Assembly: GCA_046563655.1 (NCBI GenBank)
Contig: CM102290.1
Coordinates: forward strand, 10,230,001-10,294,000
Source: Yuukianura sp. NJ FZ-2021
Taxonomy: Eukaryota
DNA length: 64,000 nucleotides
Direction of reading: 5' to 3'
Position 1 is the first letter of the stretch. The number at the start of each line of letters is the position of its first letter. Shown piece by piece: positions 26,501 to 39,700 of the stretch. Made by a program: the position numbers and the translations under genes. Below the pieces are notes generated by a model. It searched no databases and was not told the DNA's origin. It saw only the letters and a program-made list of their open reading frames with translations.

Positions 26501-29500
26501 CGTGGCCATAGCTCGTCTCAAGCAACCAGCTAATTTTGGACGAACGAGTCACGACGTGCGACTCTTCATCATGATCCTGTGCCCCAGCAAAGAGGTGAGT
26601 CCTGTGGGACGTGGTCAGGTTGACTGATGGAACCCAGGGTCATTACTAAGGCAATTTCTAATTAACTTAACGTAAGTTTACCTAACTTTCTACAGAAAGG
26701 TACCAAGAACGCTCTGGAAACAGGGCGAACTTTCTCCACCATTTTCTCAGACATGGAGTTCAGACATTCTCTACTCGAAGCTCACACGGAAGAGGAATTC
26801 AAAAGGCTCATTCTCAAACAGGCTCAAGACTTATCAGAACAACAGAGTAACTCAGAAAACAGACCGCTAGACACTAGCCCTGACCCCGACTACGAATACG
26901 TAAGTAAACATGACCTTAGAATCTGCACATGCTCAAACGTCCAAAAAATTTCATGTTCAAATGTCAAAAATTTCATGGTGAAATAATTTCCAATGCTTAG
27001 GTCAAAGAAAAGTGGATAAGCTTTGGAAACGGGATTCGGGATGACCTGAGTCGTCGTTTGCCACACTACATGGCTGACTACACTGACGGAATCGTTGGGT
27101 ACAAAACTATTCAGAAAACTGTGTCCACAACTTTCTTCCTCTACTTTGCTTGTATCCTCCCTGCCATTGCTTTTGGAGTGCTCAATCACCACATCACTGG
27201 TGGCATCATTGGTAAAACCTCACATTTCTACCTAAAAAACCAAAAATTTCGAAAAGTAAACAATTTGTCCCCAAAAACGTAACTTTTACAAATACATAAC
27301 AAAACCATGTCTCAATCATAGTTAAAAAGTATCTTCCGTTTTCAGATGTGAAGAAGGTCATAGTAGGTCAAACGTTAGGAGAGCTGAGTTATGCCATCCT
27401 CTGTGGTCAACCGCTCAACATTCTGCTCACAACAGCCCCACTCTGCCTCTTTGTCAAAAGTACGTCAAATCACTAGTGTTAAAAAGTTATTCTAAATTCT
27501 GTTCTAAAAACTGAACATTGGCTGAGCAGTCATTTACGGGTTGGCGGAGGATTTTGAAATCGTGGAGGACTTCCCAGCGTTGTACTGCTGTGCAGGGCTG
27601 TGGAGCAGTTTCTTCACTGCCATCTACGCTCTCTTCGACATGTCACGCCTCATGAAGTGGTCCACACGCTCAACAGAAGAAATATTCGCCCTCTTCATTT
27701 CTATCGCTTTCTGCGTCGACGCATTCAGAGACACCGTCAAAAGTAAATTCTCAAAAATATTTCCAAAAATACTTTCAAGTCCAGAATTGTTAATTTTTTT
27801 AGATTTTCAAGACAACTACTACTGCGGACCCTCCAAAAATGTAACGATGCTAAGGAATTCTACGAGTCCAAGTGACGCTTTCCCTAACCTCAACCGTAAG
27901 GATCAAAAATTTACAAATCAATCAACCATCGAAACCTTACTATTTACTGCAAACACTTCTTAAGTGCGGGAATTCTTATTTTCAGACTCGTGGGGTAGCG
28001 GGCACTTGAACAGTACGATTCATGCGGGTGCAGGCGTAGTGACGACCGTAGTCTCCGATTCTTGTCACCGTGATCAGAGCGTCCTCTTCCTGTTTCTTAT
28101 GCTTGGAACACTTTGGCTAGGGAATTCGCTTTACAACTTTAACAAAACGTAAGGAGTTTTCTTTGAAAGCGTTTACACAGTGAAAGCGTTCGCTTCGAAA
28201 ATAAAACTTTTGAAGAGTGCCACAGAAAAAGGGTAACAGGCACCTTTACCATAACAAGAATGCCTGGACACCTCTATACAAACAAGTTCCGTCACAAAAA
28301 CGTTTTAGAAACGTTTGGGCTTAAACGCTTACCAGATCTAGCTAAACTAACGAACACCTTTGTTTTTGTCCATATAGACCCTACCTCCAAGCTAGCAAGA
28401 GAGAAGCCTTGTCTGACTACGCTCTCCCTGTGGCTGTTATTGTGCTCACTTTCGTCGGAACCTACCTCTTCAGGGACATTGAACGTAAGGTTAACACTAA
28501 CTATGGGTTTGAATCGTTGTTATCCAAAACCCCAAAACGCTTGGTTAAAATGCAGTGGAACAGTTCAAGTACGTGGACAACGAGGTCTTTGTGCTGCCCA
28601 ACTTCCATCGCTTGTCATGGACAACCATTTTCTGTTCGGCTGGACTCGGTTTCTCCCTCTCCTTGCTAATTTTCATGGATCAGAACATCACGAGTGCAAT
28701 GGTCAACAACCCGTGCAACAAGTAAACAACAATGGCATAATTATAAAAACAATGCTCTTAAATCAGCATAAAACCTAACCAAAATTTTGAATTTCTAGAC
28801 TGAAAAAGGGCCCAGCCTTCCATTGGGATCTGATGGTCGTGGCAATAATCAACGTCGCCTGCTCTCTCTTCACGTAAACAACTTTTCAAAATACCTAAGA
28901 GCAAATTTTCAAATTTTGAAACCAAATTTTGAACGTTTTTGAAGGTTTCCGCTCATGCATGCCACTTTACCACATTCTCCGTTACATATGCGCTCGTTGG
29001 CAGACGTCGAAGAGCGCGTGGATCAAGGTCACGTCTACGAAATGTAACCTATTCCTCTGCACTTTTTGTCTTAGCAAAATGCACAATGTGACCTTTGACC
29101 TTGACCCCTTAGAATTGTTCGAGTGAGGGAAACAAGACTTACCGGAATCTTCTCTCATGTGCTGATCGGGCTGTCCGTGTTTACGCTTCCTTATCCCTTG
29201 GGCCTAATGTCCATCCCCGTGGCCGTCCTGGACGGACTCTTCCTGTACATGGCTCTCACGTCCCTCAATGGAAACCAAATGTTTGAACGAATCACGCTCC
29301 TCTTCATGGAACAGGTTTCTGGAACAACAAAAACACCACTGTAGCTTTGTACAAAACCTAACGAACCTAATTAGGTTAGTCTTAGGTTAGCACCATTGGC
29401 CTAATGAGTGTTATGCACCTTAGGCGGCCTATCCTCCGAACCACTACATTCGTCGAGTGCCCCAGCGGAAGATCCACCAGTTCACGTTCTGTCAAGTCTT

Positions 29501-29799
29501 TCAGCTCTTTGTGATGTGCATCGTTGGATTCGTGCTGCCGTGGCCCTATGTCAAGATGGCCTTCCCCATAACGCTCTTCCTCCTTCTACCAATCAGGTAC
29601 CTGGAAACAAACAATCCAATCTCAAAAACTGTTCCAATATTAGGTTAAAAATGGGCTAAAACTAACGAAATTAAGGTTAAAATCTTTAATCAGTTCGTTA
29701 CGCAAGGCTGAACCTTGTTTTTTGTTTCGCAGACATCAACTAATTCCGAAGTTGATTGAGCAGCGGTTCCTCGATGCTCTCGACGGAGAGCATCAGTAG
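23555..29799 (+). CDS. SLC4A11: SLC4A11-like (band 3 / borate-bicarbonate transporter family) membrane protein, multi-exon
   Basis: Motifs include [91 protein letters not shown] and [19 protein letters not shown]. Stop TAG at 29797-29799. Confidence 0.92.
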
Positions 29800-31437
29800 A
29801 TGGCAAGACTCCTTTGATTCCAGAAGGCACCATTCCTGAGGCAGACGCTTCACAAAAGCGTCATCTCCCGGAAGAAGTCAGCTCCATTCGACATTCAAGA
29901 CGTCCAAGCAATAACTTATTCAAAACTGCATCCTACCTCACCGGGGAGGTCAAAGGTCAAAGGTGTCAAACATGCCTTTCCCTCACCGTAACTTTAGTTA
30001 AACGGAGTAAGCCTGAAGGCAACTACTTGCCTCAAGGGTGACAATCTGACAAGTACACTCGCCATAGATTTCTATTCTTCTAAAACAGGAGTCCATAAAT
30101 TTAACTGTGTGTTGTTACTTCACTCAAGTCGAAACGCACACAGACGGTCGACAGACATTCGGTCATCTGCAAATTGTTCAACTTCAAAAAGAAAAACTGT
30201 TCAACAAGTTCAAGTTGAACTTAATTAAATGAGAAGCTGGTAAGTGAAATTTTATTTTCATTTAAATTGCAATTTTTTGTTGTACAGGTATTAGGATGAA
30301 TTTTTTTTAAATAATTTTTGGTGAATCCAAAAAAAACTTAAAAACGGTGTTTAAAAACAATTTGAAAACGTCAAACGTAGCGTTGAACTTTTTGTAGTTG
30401 ACCGATTGTCCCTTAAACATGTCCATAACAACAGAAAGGGAATATGTGTTAGTGTCCACATAAAGTGAAAGTTAAAGTTAAAAGTACATAGACTTCCGTC
30501 TCAAATTGTTTCCGTTCAAATTATACTTTGTCCGAGGAAGCAGTTAAATTTTATATTTAAAACATAGCAAAGCGAGGCAATAATTAAAGTTAATTATTTA
30601 AAGTGATTACTAATTTAAGTAACCCACAGACAGAATGATTATATGCCAGCAACAAAAAGCTTAAAAAAATCAAAAAGTACCTAGAAAGTTGTGTGTTAGT
30701 AAGAAAAATTAAACGCTTAGGAAAGAATTTAAAAAGCAGAGAACACAAAATACAAGCCGGTTTTTATGTGATAAAACACGCAAGGAAATCTTTTTCGTTT
30801 TAGAAAAAAAAATGATTTTTTTTAAGAAAATGAAAATATTCAACCTTCTCTTTCAAATTTTGCAAAAACAGCACGCGCAAAACATATAATTAAACTTTTC
30901 TTCTGATCTTCAAATTTATTTTTCAAAAACTTTTTCGATCTTGTGTTCAAAAAAAGTTTGTTCCTATTTCGAGTTTTGCGTTCCCACAGGTAAGGAAAAC
31001 TCATTTTCCATTCCACTGCATTAGATGTGTAGTAAAGAGTGGTGCTACAAAACTTTAGACAGATTTGTTTAAAAAACTTAAAATTTCCCGCCTCCCAGTT
31101 GTTTAACACCCCTTGGAATAAGTTAAGCTTTAGGCATAGTGTTGTAGACAGGGTCAAGTAAAATTCAGTCACCTTTTTGTGTTTGACGTTGTGTAATAAG
31201 CAGAGCTTAATGTCTACGTTGAGAGTGGCGTTTGAACACCTTTCTGTTTAGAAATGTTAAACAAAAAGTCTGTTTTGAGAGTCCTTCCCTAAGAACTACT
31301 TAGGTTAGGTTAAGTTAATTAAGTTAGTAATTAAAGCTAAGCGTTAATTTATAGAAATTGTTGCAGATTTGTACAAGCTCAGAAAGAAAGAATGAAAAAT
31401 GAAGAAAAAGAATGAAATGACAGACATTGTAACTTCT

Positions 31438-32622
31438 TTATTTCTCGGAAAATTTAAGTGAAGAAAGTTGCCACGCGATGATTTCGGACATGCGTCGGCT
31501 GTTGTCCAGCACAAACGCATGAGCAATTCCTTCCTGGCAGAGTGTGTGTTCTAGATTCGGAACTTGTTGGGTCATGAACTTTACGAAATCCATCGGACAC
31601 CAACCATCAGAGGCTCCAAAGTAGACAAATAGGCGGTGGACATTTGCTTCCAGGAAAGTCACATCGAGGTCACAGACGTGTGTCATTTCGGCGTTGGCCA
31701 TGGTGAGAACCTTCTCGAACGTAGGTTTCCGAATCAGGGTGAGAACGCCATCCTGGGCAGACTGTTTGGCCTTGGGGTACTTGAGCCAAAAGTAAGCACT
31801 TACCAGAGATCGACGCAAGAATTTTGGAATGAGCTCCAGTGCAGACAGGACAGAGAGGAGGAGCCAGTGCAGTGACTGTGTCGCAACGTAGAACTTTCCG
31901 TTGGGGCTTTTACGCATGTCCATGATGGTAGGGAACAGTAGGCAGAAGTGAATCACTTGATCAGAAAACTCCGGCTTCGCCTTCAGCAGCTCTTGTCCAA
32001 GGTAGGACCCGATGGAGTGCCCAATGAGAATAACTTTGACATGGGAAGGAATGTGTAGGTCAATGAACTTGGCTTTGTGACACAGTTGCCCTTGCAGACT
32101 GTACAAGCCACCAGAGCCTAAAAACAACAAAAGGTTGTAAAGTTTCGGATTCGACAATTTTTTAAATTACTAGATTATGGTTTGGCTTAAAGTGTATCAG
32201 ATTAAACATTACTTTCAAGTGGTGGCTGTGTGGACTGGATTTCGTCTGCATGGTGACCAGCATGAGAAATGCTCCATATTGGAATGACTTCGTCTGGAAA
32301 CCGTTCCTTCAGTTCACCGGAGAGATGAGACATAAACTCATAGTAAAAATCAACTATTCCAGGATTCCCTGAAAGCATTACCACACAAAAAATTTCTACT
32401 TTGAAAATTTAATTTTAATTGTGAGTTTTCAATCTTTTTTGGTTATGTTTATCATAATTCTGTTAATTTTTGGTAATGTGGTTGCCTCGAACCTGGTATG
32501 ATGAGCACAAGGACCTTGCAATCACTCAAATCATCTCCGATCCTGCGCTCCAGAGAACCACACTTGGTTGGTATTTCCCCGATATGGATGACAGACTCCA
32601 TCATTTTCGTTCTTCCCTCCAT
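31438..32622 (-). CDS. LDAH: Lipid droplet-associated hydrolase (alpha/beta hydrolase), 3 exons; exact start ATG uncertain (32622 or 32604)
   Basis: LIIPGNPG..DFY, ISHAGH, YSLQGQL.HK..FI, the nucleophile motif GHSIG, LLFPTI..M..SPNG, YFG.SDGWCP and HAFVL. Confidence 0.9.
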
Positions 32623-33795
32623 CCTGCATGTACGCAAAACAAGAAGATGTAATCAAGCATTACATATCCAGTACAGTATATTGGACAACTACTCGCTATT
32701 CCTCATTGTTCAAAATTTTAAACGTTCTTGTCCTAAAAAACTAGAATTTATTCTTTGAAACAATGATACATTGGCAAAATCAACTAAAAATATTTGGGAT
32801 ACTTCAAAATAAAAGTTGTCATAGATACGAAACCATTTCTATTTCAAAAACCATTAAAAAATCCATGCGGTCATAAAACGCAAAAACAGGGCACGATGCC
32901 TGAATTTTTTATAAAGTGTTGAAATTTTGTTAAATTTTTTAAAACGCCAAGTTCACAAAGGCGCTTAGAGTGACTGACTACATAGTATTTGATTAGTGAT
33001 CTTCCCTTCAATTGCGACTTTAACGTTTCCGGTGATGCAGTTGGGGTCCAGCTAACTTCTTTTTTTCTCGGTCGTTCACCCTAACTCATACAACATTCCC
33101 CCAATTACAATTACAACCACAAATTCATTATCGAGTTCAACAATAATGGACTGTATCCACACAAAACGTCGTAAAATCAACACAAAGTCATTTTAGTTCA
33201 CTCCAAAATGACTCAGTACGAAAATATTCAACTCAATGAAATCCGAAAATCCAACTCAAAGTTTCATCATAGCCAACCCTACGATTTGAGAAAAAAAATA
33301 AACTGAACATTTTAGTCAGAATGAACGATTTTAAAGCAAAATCTGAAAATACCCATCAAACAAGACCCTTGACTTTTGAATATTTGCAAAATTTTGTGAA
33401 CACAAACATTTTGAAATTGAATGCATTACGAAACAATACGTTTCTGTTGCAGGTTGCAGGTTCAGAGAACCGCTTTTCTCATTCTCCCTAACTTTCTCCA
33501 CCCCATCATCAGGCGACATTTTTCACCTCATACCCCTAAATCAAAATTCGAGTTCTAATTTTCAACTTCTATCTAATTTTCAACTTGTGAAGCCAAAAAC
33601 TTGAAAAAGTTCGACAATTGAGGCAAGTTGGAAATAGTAGTATTTCCTGACAAAAAATCCAATTAAGATGTAGATGTTTGTGATGATGACAAAGGAGGTG
33701 ATCGACACTTGATGGTTGAATCAAGAGGACGAGGAACTTAGAAACCATGGACAATGTCCTCTTGTTTCCTTCCAACCGTGGTCCATTGACATCTT

Positions 33796-36700
33796 ATGGA
33801 GATCCAGGTGAGTTGGAGTCCAATTACGGAGAGAGATGTGATGTGGTTGTGCCTCTGGGGTCAGTCAGCATTGGGAGAGGGTGACCTCACTGGACAATGG
33901 TGGTTAGCGGAAGTGGGTTCACTAGAAGAACAAAGGAGGGCTCAGAATAGATTGGAATCCAGAGCATGAAATCACCACTTCCCAAACCCTCCATTTCACA
34001 ACACAGCTCACCCATGCTCACCCTCAGTCACCAATTGACCTCTCATACCTCACCATCGCTTTTTATCCACTCAAAATCAACTACAATCAAAAATTTCAAT
34101 CAACTAAATTCTGAAATTCGTTCATCAAATTTCAAAGACTAAACGAATCTAAAGTTCTAATTAAGTGTAGAAAGGAGATATCGTTTCTCTAAAATTCTTC
34201 AAGCCGTGCAGTGCTACTCCTCATTTGTAACTCTCAACAGCGTCTCAGCGTGCCCCAAACACAGATTTTGTTGGAATTGAAGGTTTGGTTGGAGAAATCG
34301 CGAGAAACGTGAGAGTGAGAACTGTTTTTATGAGGATGGGGAGACCCAGGAGAAAGGTACGATTCTCATTTCTCTCTTTTCACTTTCACCAGCAAGAACA
34401 ATTCAATCAAAATCACCAATCCACCTTCGAGCCAAATTAATAACCTAACTAACACAACACAACCCAAATTCAAAACAGCACCTAACTCAATCATGTTCTA
34501 ACTCAAAACTCAATTTAAACAGAAAAGCCTGCTTTTCCTTTCACCAGTCCCTACCCCCTTCCTATATAAAACCTAGGAATCGAATTCCGTCACAATAACC
34601 CAACATCACCTTACAATTAATTCGTAAATCAAGTTAAACCTAATCAAAGTTGGCCAAAAGCAGGCTGCTAATAAAATTATTTTCCACATCGTGTTTGTCA
34701 AGTTCATACCTGCATAAGTCCAGCTTAAATCAAAATCCAAAACTTTATAACAAAAATCAGAAAAGTAAAATTGCAGTTTCAAAAAGTTCAATTTTTAGCA
34801 AAAATCTTCCGGGATTTTTATCCGATAGATTTCCGGGATTCCGTGAAATTTTTAGGGAAACCAGATTTAATTACAAATAAAAAATCACACGAAGCAGAAT
34901 CAAACTTTTGGTTTTTCCTTTTTGAGAGGAAAAAAATGGACAACTTGAAATTGAAACTCTGATCTATTTTTCGTTTTTTTAACCATCTCATTTCGTTTTT
35001 CTCTTTTTGTCAAAGTTTGATTTGAGCACAATAGATTTTAGTTTAATTGCCGTGGCTATCAATGTCCTAAAAACGGTAAAAGTCCGTTTGACGTGGAGAA
35101 TGCGTCGTGAGCAGCGTTTCGTTCCGCTGAGTGGGTGTTGGATGTGATCAGAAATGGAGAGAATTGCGTCCTTCCTGCTCTCAGCCCATCCAGTACACAG
35201 ATCTGCAAAGGACATGCAATCCTCTCCGCAAAACAACAATGGGCTCCAGTGGGCAAGGGGAATGGCCCACTTTTCAACTTCCATCCTCCACTTCCTGAGC
35301 CTTCACAATCCCTTTGTCACAAGTCCAATGACCTCATTCACACTTTTGAAAAAATACGTTTCAAGTTTTCGAAAAAAAAAATTTCAAAAAAGTAACAAAA
35401 ACTAAAACAATTTCAATTGCACACGAAAAAAATATATTCCAGGGTCGACCTGTTACGAGTTCTACCAGCAGCGTCCTCTCCCTCTTTCTCGTTGCCGCAT
35501 TCTTTCCAAGTGGAATTCAAGGTTAGGCAATTTTTTCAAAATTTCAGTTTTTTTTTAGAAATAGCAAATTACTGAAAATGAAATAATTCAGGACAATGTT
35601 TTGGTGGCGTGGAAACTTATGAAAAGACGACAGGGATGGCGATCTCAGAGAACTCAGAGTCTCAAGGACTGTTGCATCAACCAGGGGCAGCAGTCACAAG
35701 GGATTGTACTTCTGTCTGCAAACAAAGTACCAACTGCAAAGCATTTACAGTCGGTACGTTCGAATTTTAAGAATTTGAAATTCTCAATAACTACAAAATT
35801 CTAAGCTCTTCAAAATTTCAAAGATTATGACAAATCAAGATGTGACTCGTATCAACGCGACTCCATTGGTCAAAGAGACAAACTCAGAGAAGATTCAAAG
35901 ACAAACTACTTTGAAAAAGTTTGTTACAGTGGCGGTAAGCTTCAGATTCAATGCTTTTTTTAGTCATTTTTCAAGAAATCTGTTCCTGCTAGTGCTAACT
36001 CCTTGGAATACCTAAAATTTCCGCTTTGATGAAATATTAATTCTGTTCTGAAAGTTCAAAACTTTCACACAATTTGTGGGGATCGGCTCTGGTCCTTTGA
36101 ACGTGTTTTGGGAGCCTACTTGGAAGGTTTTGACGACAAAGAAGAACGTGGAATCCAAACCAAAGTGGAATGTGAGAAATTGTGTCTCACTGAAACAGAA
36201 TTCACGTGCCGGTAAGGACTCATTTTTCACCAAATTCAAAATTTAGCCCATCCCTCCTCAAAACATTTACCATTACCACTCACATTTTCTCATCAAAACG
36301 AAAACACTCAAAAAATGAAATCCCAAATTCAATCTTTCTAGTTCTGCTGAATATGACGAGTCTCTCAAAGTATGTCGCCTGAGCCGAGAAGACAGACGAA
36401 CGCAGCCGAGTGCGTTTCGACGACAAATCGGACTTCCTGTGGACTACCTCGAGAATCAATGCGTCAAACGTAAGTTTAACACTTTACACGTGAAACGTTA
36501 TCATTTTAGTCAATCCAAATTTAGTATTAAATGTTTTCAATTTCCAGAACTGCCGGACTGTCGCTACACTTCACGACAAGACTTCTCCGTCATCTCCATG
36601 GATGATTTGCAGTATGCAGCCTCACGAGAAGACTGCGAAACACTATGTGACCATGTTAGCAATTACAACAGAAAACCAACCTAATTAACCTAATTTCCAC

Positions 36701-39700
36701 CGTCAATAATGTTAGCCTAACTTGAACCTACAACTTTTAGGCTCGTGGGTTCACATGCCGCTCTTCCTCTTTCGCTGCTGACGAGAATCGATGTTACTTG
36801 AGTGCTGACGACGCCGTGAGTCTCATGGGAGCTGCACCTCCGCACAAACGTGGAGCCGTTCTATCCGAGAAGCAGTGTTCCATCAGTAATAACTTTTCGT
36901 AAACTCACCTAACCTGAACGTAACTTTAACCTAATCCTACACCTTATTTTAGACCATTGTGAAGGGGGATTGATAACTTTCGAGAAAGTTACCGGACACT
37001 TCTTACGAACCGCCAAGCAAGAACCGATTGCCCTTACCAACACAGTTCCAGGAATCACTCTCGACTGTGTTGAGAAATGCAAAAATGCTGGAGCTGACTG
37101 TCCCGCTTTCATGGTGGACCATTCCGCCATGCGCTGTGTCAAACTGGACCGAAATACCCAAGGACGCGGAGAGGAACTCACACGTAGAGATGGGCAAAAC
37201 TACTTTGAAAAAATATGCTTGAGAGGTTAGCTATAATAGTTAAACTATGTATCCTATTGTTGAGAATCACATTAACCTTTGACCTTTAGGAAACATTAGA
37301 GCTGCCTGCAGAGGACGTGCTTGGGCATTTGAACGTCGACCAGCCAGAGAACTTCGAGGTCACGACGATCTGCTCCTTCACAACGTCCCAAGTCGACGAG
37401 ATTGCGAGGAACGGTGTCTCACAGAAACGCGATTTGTTTGCAGATCAGCTGAGTATCATACACAGGTAAAATAGGATTTTTAAAATTGCAATGTTCTTCA
37501 AAACCGAAATTATATCAACTTTCTTTGATTTTGAATAGACTACAGAGTGTAGATTGAGCAGAGAAGATCGACGAACACGACCAAACGATTTTGTAGAAGC
37601 TCCTATGCATATCGAATACTTGGAAAACCAATGCATACCGCGTAAGTGCCATTTTCAAAATACACTTTCATAATTATATAAAATTATGTTTGTTTCTTCT
37701 ACTTTTGCCCTGTGGAATTTCAGCTGACAGGAAGTGTGGGTTTGACATGATTCCTGATTCCAATCCCACCTACTTGGACATGGTACTAAGCAGTGTTGCG
37801 AATGAAGCGGATTGCCAACATCGCTGCAACACAAACGTCGATTTTGTGTGTCAGTCTTACTCATTCTATGCCGCAGCATCTCAATGTTTCATTTCAGGAG
37901 ACGATCGAGGTTATACTACTACTGCATCATTTTTCATTTGAAAAGACTTTGAAAATTTGAAAATTGTACAAAAATATAATATTTCCTAAAAATCGTTTCA
38001 GCTTCTGCCGGTGAAGGTGCTATTCAAAAACGACCGCAAACAACCTACAATGAACGAAATTGCAAGAAAGTATTGACAGGCCCGCAGATTCCAGATCGGT
38101 TCAACCCACCAGTGGGGCCTTCCATTTCAACTCATGACAGAGATAGACTTGGAGATCGAGACAAGGTTGGACCGAGTCTCAGTACTGACACTCAAAGTAA
38201 GCAACACCAAAAAAGCACCAGTAACCAAAATGTGAAAGAAAATTTGAATGACAAAAATAATAACCTAACCTAACGTTTAGTTGGACGCTGCGCCTATGGA
38301 CGAATGACATACGAGAAAGTTTCTGGCTACGAATTGGAGCGAGGTCAAAAGTATTTGTTGTACAAGAATTCTTTACGTGGAATTTCTGACAGTTGCGCAA
38401 AACGATGCCAGAGTGACGTCAAATGCCACGCTTTCAACTTGGACTACAATCGAAACGAATGTTCCGCACTCGAGTTTGCCAACGACGAAGTTAGGTTCGG
38501 CCTTCGCCGAACAGCCGGAGTAGCATACTTTGAAGGAATTTGTCTTCGCGGTAAAATCACATCGTGTACTTTCTAAAAACAATTTTGAAGATTTTAAATT
38601 CCAAACATTTTTGAAACCAGGAGGGGGATGTGGTCTTCAATGGACGTTTGAGCGAATTCCTAACTTCCAACTTCGTGGTTTTGAGAAGGAAGTGTACCGT
38701 GACATTGGGAAGACACACTGTGAAGATCGCTGTCTCGAGGAAAGACGATTCATTTGTCGCTCTGCTTCCTACGACTGGAAAAAACGTGAATGTCGACTGA
38801 GCACAGAGGACCGATTTACACAAGGAAGAGCCTTCATTGCCACTCCAGACTCTGACTACCTTGAGAATCAATGTGCCCCACGTAAGGATTTCTACATTTT
38901 CTCATAATCTGTTTTAATTAATTTGCACTAATTAAGTTTTCTTATATCTAGAATCCCGACAGTGCACGTATCAAGGTGCTCAGAAGGATCGGTACCTCAT
39001 CTACGTTGACAAAGCGGAACCAGCCGTCACAGAAGTTAGCTGTCAACGAGCATGTGACAAGGAACGAGAATTCAACTGTCGATCATTTTCCTTCTTGGCT
39101 CCCGTAAACAAACTTTGAAACTTACAAGTTTATGAAAGAACACTATGACAAAAAAAAATTAACTCTGAGAAAAATTGAAGCAGGTTCTGAATGGCATTCA
39201 AGTGAGTCAATGTCTCCTGAGTGGTGACACAGCAGGCAACGCCGGTCCCAATTCGTTTCAAATTCAACCAGGAGCAATCTACACTGAAAAAGAATGCGAC
39301 GCAAGAAGTATACCATCAGGAGCTTATCCAGGAGACTCTCGACCTTACCAACCAACGGACCCCATTTACGCTGACCCTCGACCTTACCCTGCCACCAGCT
39401 TCTACGACCAAAGAGAATCATTTCCAGCTCCAGGAACGAGAGATCACTATCCCGGTAGAGAGCGTGACCCGCTACCATATCCCGTCCGAGATCGAGATGG
39501 AATTCGTGACCGTGATTCTTCTTATTTAACACGAGACAGATTTCCACCTTCAGGACGAGATCCGTATCCCACCCGAGATTCAAACCGTGACAGAGACTTT
39601 TACCCAGCCAGAGACCGAGAACCTGGACGTTTAGATCCGTATCCAGCCAGAGACTCGTATCTTCACCGCGATCCTCCTCCGGCATTCACGTCAACTCGCA

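Noticed and set aside
35154..35405. 83-aa ORF as the start of the PAN-ZP gene
   Set aside because: It has no signal peptide and no convincing in-phase donor, and it runs into an A-rich stop region. The ATG exon at 33796 fits the phase better.
26350..38280. Frequent TAACCT / TTAGG motifs in introns resembling arthropod telomeric repeats
   Set aside because: They never form tandem arrays. They are more simply explained by branch-point-like CTAAC sequences and local composition.
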